Source: Euprymna scolopes (Eukaryota). Taken from it: a stretch of DNA of 64,000 bases. Position numbers and translations under genes: made by a program. This document shows positions 61,050 to 64,000 of the stretch, one piece after another. The stretch lies in NCBI GenBank assembly GCA_053919585.1, contig CM132792.1. The stretch is one strand, 5' to 3'. Under the pieces are notes generated by a model. It had not been told where the DNA came from, did no database searches, and saw nothing but the letters and a program-made list of their open reading frames with translations. The number at the start of each line of letters is the position of its first letter. The first letter of the stretch is position 1.

Positions 61050-63064
61050 AAACTATTCAAATTTTTTGTTTGAATTGAAAGTTTTTAAAACTTTTTCTGG
61101 CTCTAAAATATTTTTCTTTTCATAATTAAAAACTGATGTTTTCTAAATAATTAAAAATAAAACTGTAACCCACTTTGCTGTAACCCACTTTGTAAGCAAA
61201 GGTCTTGTTCTGAATTTACATGACAGCATCGCACGTTGCTCGTGAGGTATGGCATTAAAAAAAACAATATCGGCGCTCCTCATTTATCGATGTGCACATA
61301 AAAAGTTCTTAATTCTTTTTAAATTTTTAACAAAAATATCTTCGCTATCTTATAGTGTTTGAACGAAGTTTCTCTTAATGTATTAGAAAGCCCCATCTTC
61401 AAGATGTTCTTTTGACTGGAATGTTGCATGTGTTTTGTTCAAATTGTGTGATAAAGACAATTCTTGTTTTAAAATTTTGAATCGTTATCAACTAGTAGAA
61501 CTTCCGTGTTTAGTATTTATATGAACAGACCTAAAACCATTTGTGTCCGAAAAGTCATCTATTGCTTGCAGGTACACGATAGTGGCATGTTCGTAGTTAA
61601 TAGACGGAATTAAATTGCAAATTTTTGAAATATACAAATCACAGAAGAAATATTAAAATACTATTTTAAAGAAAATTTTATTTTGAATTCAGTCATAAGT
61701 TTTCTATTGATTGACATAGGAAAAATCTATTAATTACTGATTTGAAAAATATGGTTGTCAGATTAAGTGGCAGAATGTGCCTTGTCCAGTGCTAAACTGT
61801 ATGTCCTTTGGTATTACTACTAAGACATTTTATCCTTGGTTAAATTTTCATTTGCCAACTTTTTAACGCTTAGAAATTTGAAGTGAAGACTTTGCCAATT
61901 TCTTTGATTATATAGTTCTTTTCACAAGCCATGATACTAAATTCTAAGTCTTGAACATAATCTCTTGATACAGCAAATTGCTATAATTACTGAAAAAAAA
62001 ATGATACTGTCAATTTGAAATTAAAAATTGGAATTTAATTGATATCAAGTTTACTTGCTATACATAGTAGTCCAAATTATTTAATTAGATAACACAAGAA
62101 TTTTACATGAAATATTTAATATCTCTTTTACATAGAATCTCTAGATGCAATTTATAAGCGTTAGGTCAAAAATAACATATCTGAACAGCTCAGTGGGTAA
62201 GTTATTTAGTTGACACCCAAGGTTGTTAAAGTATACTGATACATTAATGATGTTGCGTATGAAGCTATCCCACACTCTAACCTAGGCAATGATAGGTAAA
62301 CCTAATATAACGTTAACTCCTGAATTTATAGCTTAGGAAGAAGAAAATTATACATTCTGTTCTGAAAACCTTGGACTTGCTCCAAACATGAGATTATGGT
62401 TAAAAAGAATATTTGTTTTAATCTGTTAAATCCTGCATCAAACAAATACGTTACAAAATGAGAATTTAAAAGGGAAATCATAATGTTAATATAAAAAGAC
62501 ATTTTCTTAAATTTTTTTTATATATTAAAGTAATAGTTAATCCACATTTGCTCCAATTTATTTCTAAAAGTCTACTAGAATAATCCTAAAAAACATTTTC
62601 TTGATAATTTCAATGAAGAATCCACAAAAGGTTAAAGGTGACGATTCAATCAGACTTATTGTCTTATTAATTCGATCTATATCTTTGTTTACAAAGTTGT
62701 TTTTCTTTTTAAATTGATGCTACGAGATCAAACTGTCTGAAGATATTGACTTTTCCTGATTCAAATGTGCATCATACATCAAAGTTTTTGTCACTTTATC
62801 TCTTTGCAAAATTTAATCTTGTTCTGCAAAACACATTCCTCCTATCCTTTTCTTTCTTTTACCCCCTCCTTTTCTGACATATCCAGTAGAGCATCACAAT
62901 ATGCTGACTCCCTACAGAGAGTAATTGGCCATGCGTGGCGACTTGTGAAGTTTTGAGATGGTGATTGAGCAAACCTTGACTTAGGCACAAAGAGGACATG
63001 ACTGCAACACACCACTTTGGGCTTACTGGGGCTGGACGGGTTAGGGTTAGAGAAGCCCGATCTG

Positions 63065-64000
63065 ATCAGTCATCTGGATCATCATTACTCATAAATAAAA
63101 ATATTCTACACAACCCAGTAAACTTGAAAACAAACATGCAAGCCGTTACAATAACCGCAACATTACACAAAGCAATAATTCTCTGCTCACTTTATATACC
63201 ACCAAATGAAGCAATAGATGAAATAGAACTGAACGATCTAATCAAACCAAAACCTTTTTTATTAGTGGGTGACTTCAATAGCCATGACGAACTATGGGGC
63301 AAAAAAAAAAAAAAAGAGGCAAAATCATTGATAAAATCAACCAAAACCAGTTATGTTTGTAAATATCAAAGAGAACATCTACCTCCATTCAGCAACAGGA
63401 ACACTATCAGCAATAAACCCAACATTATGTGATCCAACCATATACATGGACTATAGCTGAAGAACATGACTGTACATATAGAAGTGACCACTTCCCAGTT
63501 ATACTAGAAAACGAGAACCTCAAATTATTGGAAAAAATGCCCCACTGGAATATACAAAAGCAAATTGGGGAAAAAATCCCAAACTCATGCCAACATAGAT
63601 TAATACCCGAAGCAAACACTAACTCTGGACATATTACCTATTTCAGCAATATGCTACTTTCCATTGCAAAAGAGAACATACAAAAAAAAAAAAAAAGCTC
63701 TACATTCCCCAAATACTACAAACCTGGGTTCAAAAAAGCCATAAGAATAAGACGTGTTAACTTCAGAAAATTAAAAAATAATTCAACAAAAGAAAATTTG
63801 GACATATATAAAAACAGCAAAGCAAAAGCATGGAAAACCATCAAAGAATCGAAATGAAAAAACTATGAATCAAAAGTAAATGAAAACACTAAAACCAAAA
63901 TAGTATGGGAGATGGTCAGGAAAATATTGGGAAAGAACAAGAACCTGATCAAACACCTAATATGCAACAAAATGAAGATCACCGACAAGGAAAACATTGC
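63065..64000 (+). mobile_element. I/Nimb-group LINE, AP-endonuclease region, decayed, running off the window
   Basis: LCSLYIPP, PFLLVGDFNSHDELWG, TYLHSATG, SDHFPVILE, PHWN motifs with frameshifts. Confidence 0.82.

Noticed and set aside
61560-61610. Candidate acceptor TTGCTTGCAG|GT for CDC27 exon 3
   Set aside because: The required phase-1 frame reaches TAG within four codons and has no LATCYY-like sequence.
63036-63050. GGGTTAGGGTTAG telomere-like motif
   Set aside because: Only two units, within a probable SINE-like fragment; not an interstitial telomere array.

Overview
AT-rich, repeat-dense animal genomic DNA with one assembly gap (13424-13570). The repeat families resemble ones I recall from molluscs/octopod cephalopods; this is unverified. 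One host gene is recognisable: the 5' end of CDC27/APC3 on the + strand. Coding exon 1 is at 14211-14234 (MLVQEPVQ) and exon 2 at 53252-53327 (AAIWDALNHYAVKDATFLAERLFSE), separated by a ~39 kb intron; exon 3 was not found in the window. Neither exon is in the ORF track, whose ORFs are mostly transposon fragments or noise. Upstream of the gene is a retroelement nest: a decayed Gypsy element split by an RT-less BEL/Pao element and a CR1-type LINE, flanked by two Tc1/mariner elements. The first ~9 kb of intron 1 is packed with MITEs and foldback elements. The rest of the intron holds non-autonomous Helitrons, a maT/DD37D transposon inside a 27-bp minisatellite, an RTE LINE with a 62-bp target duplication, a piggyBac MITE, a solo LTR, and Tc1 and CR1 relics. 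The most interesting signals are: (1) a recurrent short element joining a tRNA-like Pol III head to a Penelope-type tail whose cross-copy consensus forms a minimal hammerhead ribozyme (candidate Penelope-mobilised SINE); (2) a near-intact type I hammerhead on the CDC27 sense strand ~0.8 kb before exon 2; (3) a MITE family whose subterminal TIR segment differs between copies but matches within each copy.
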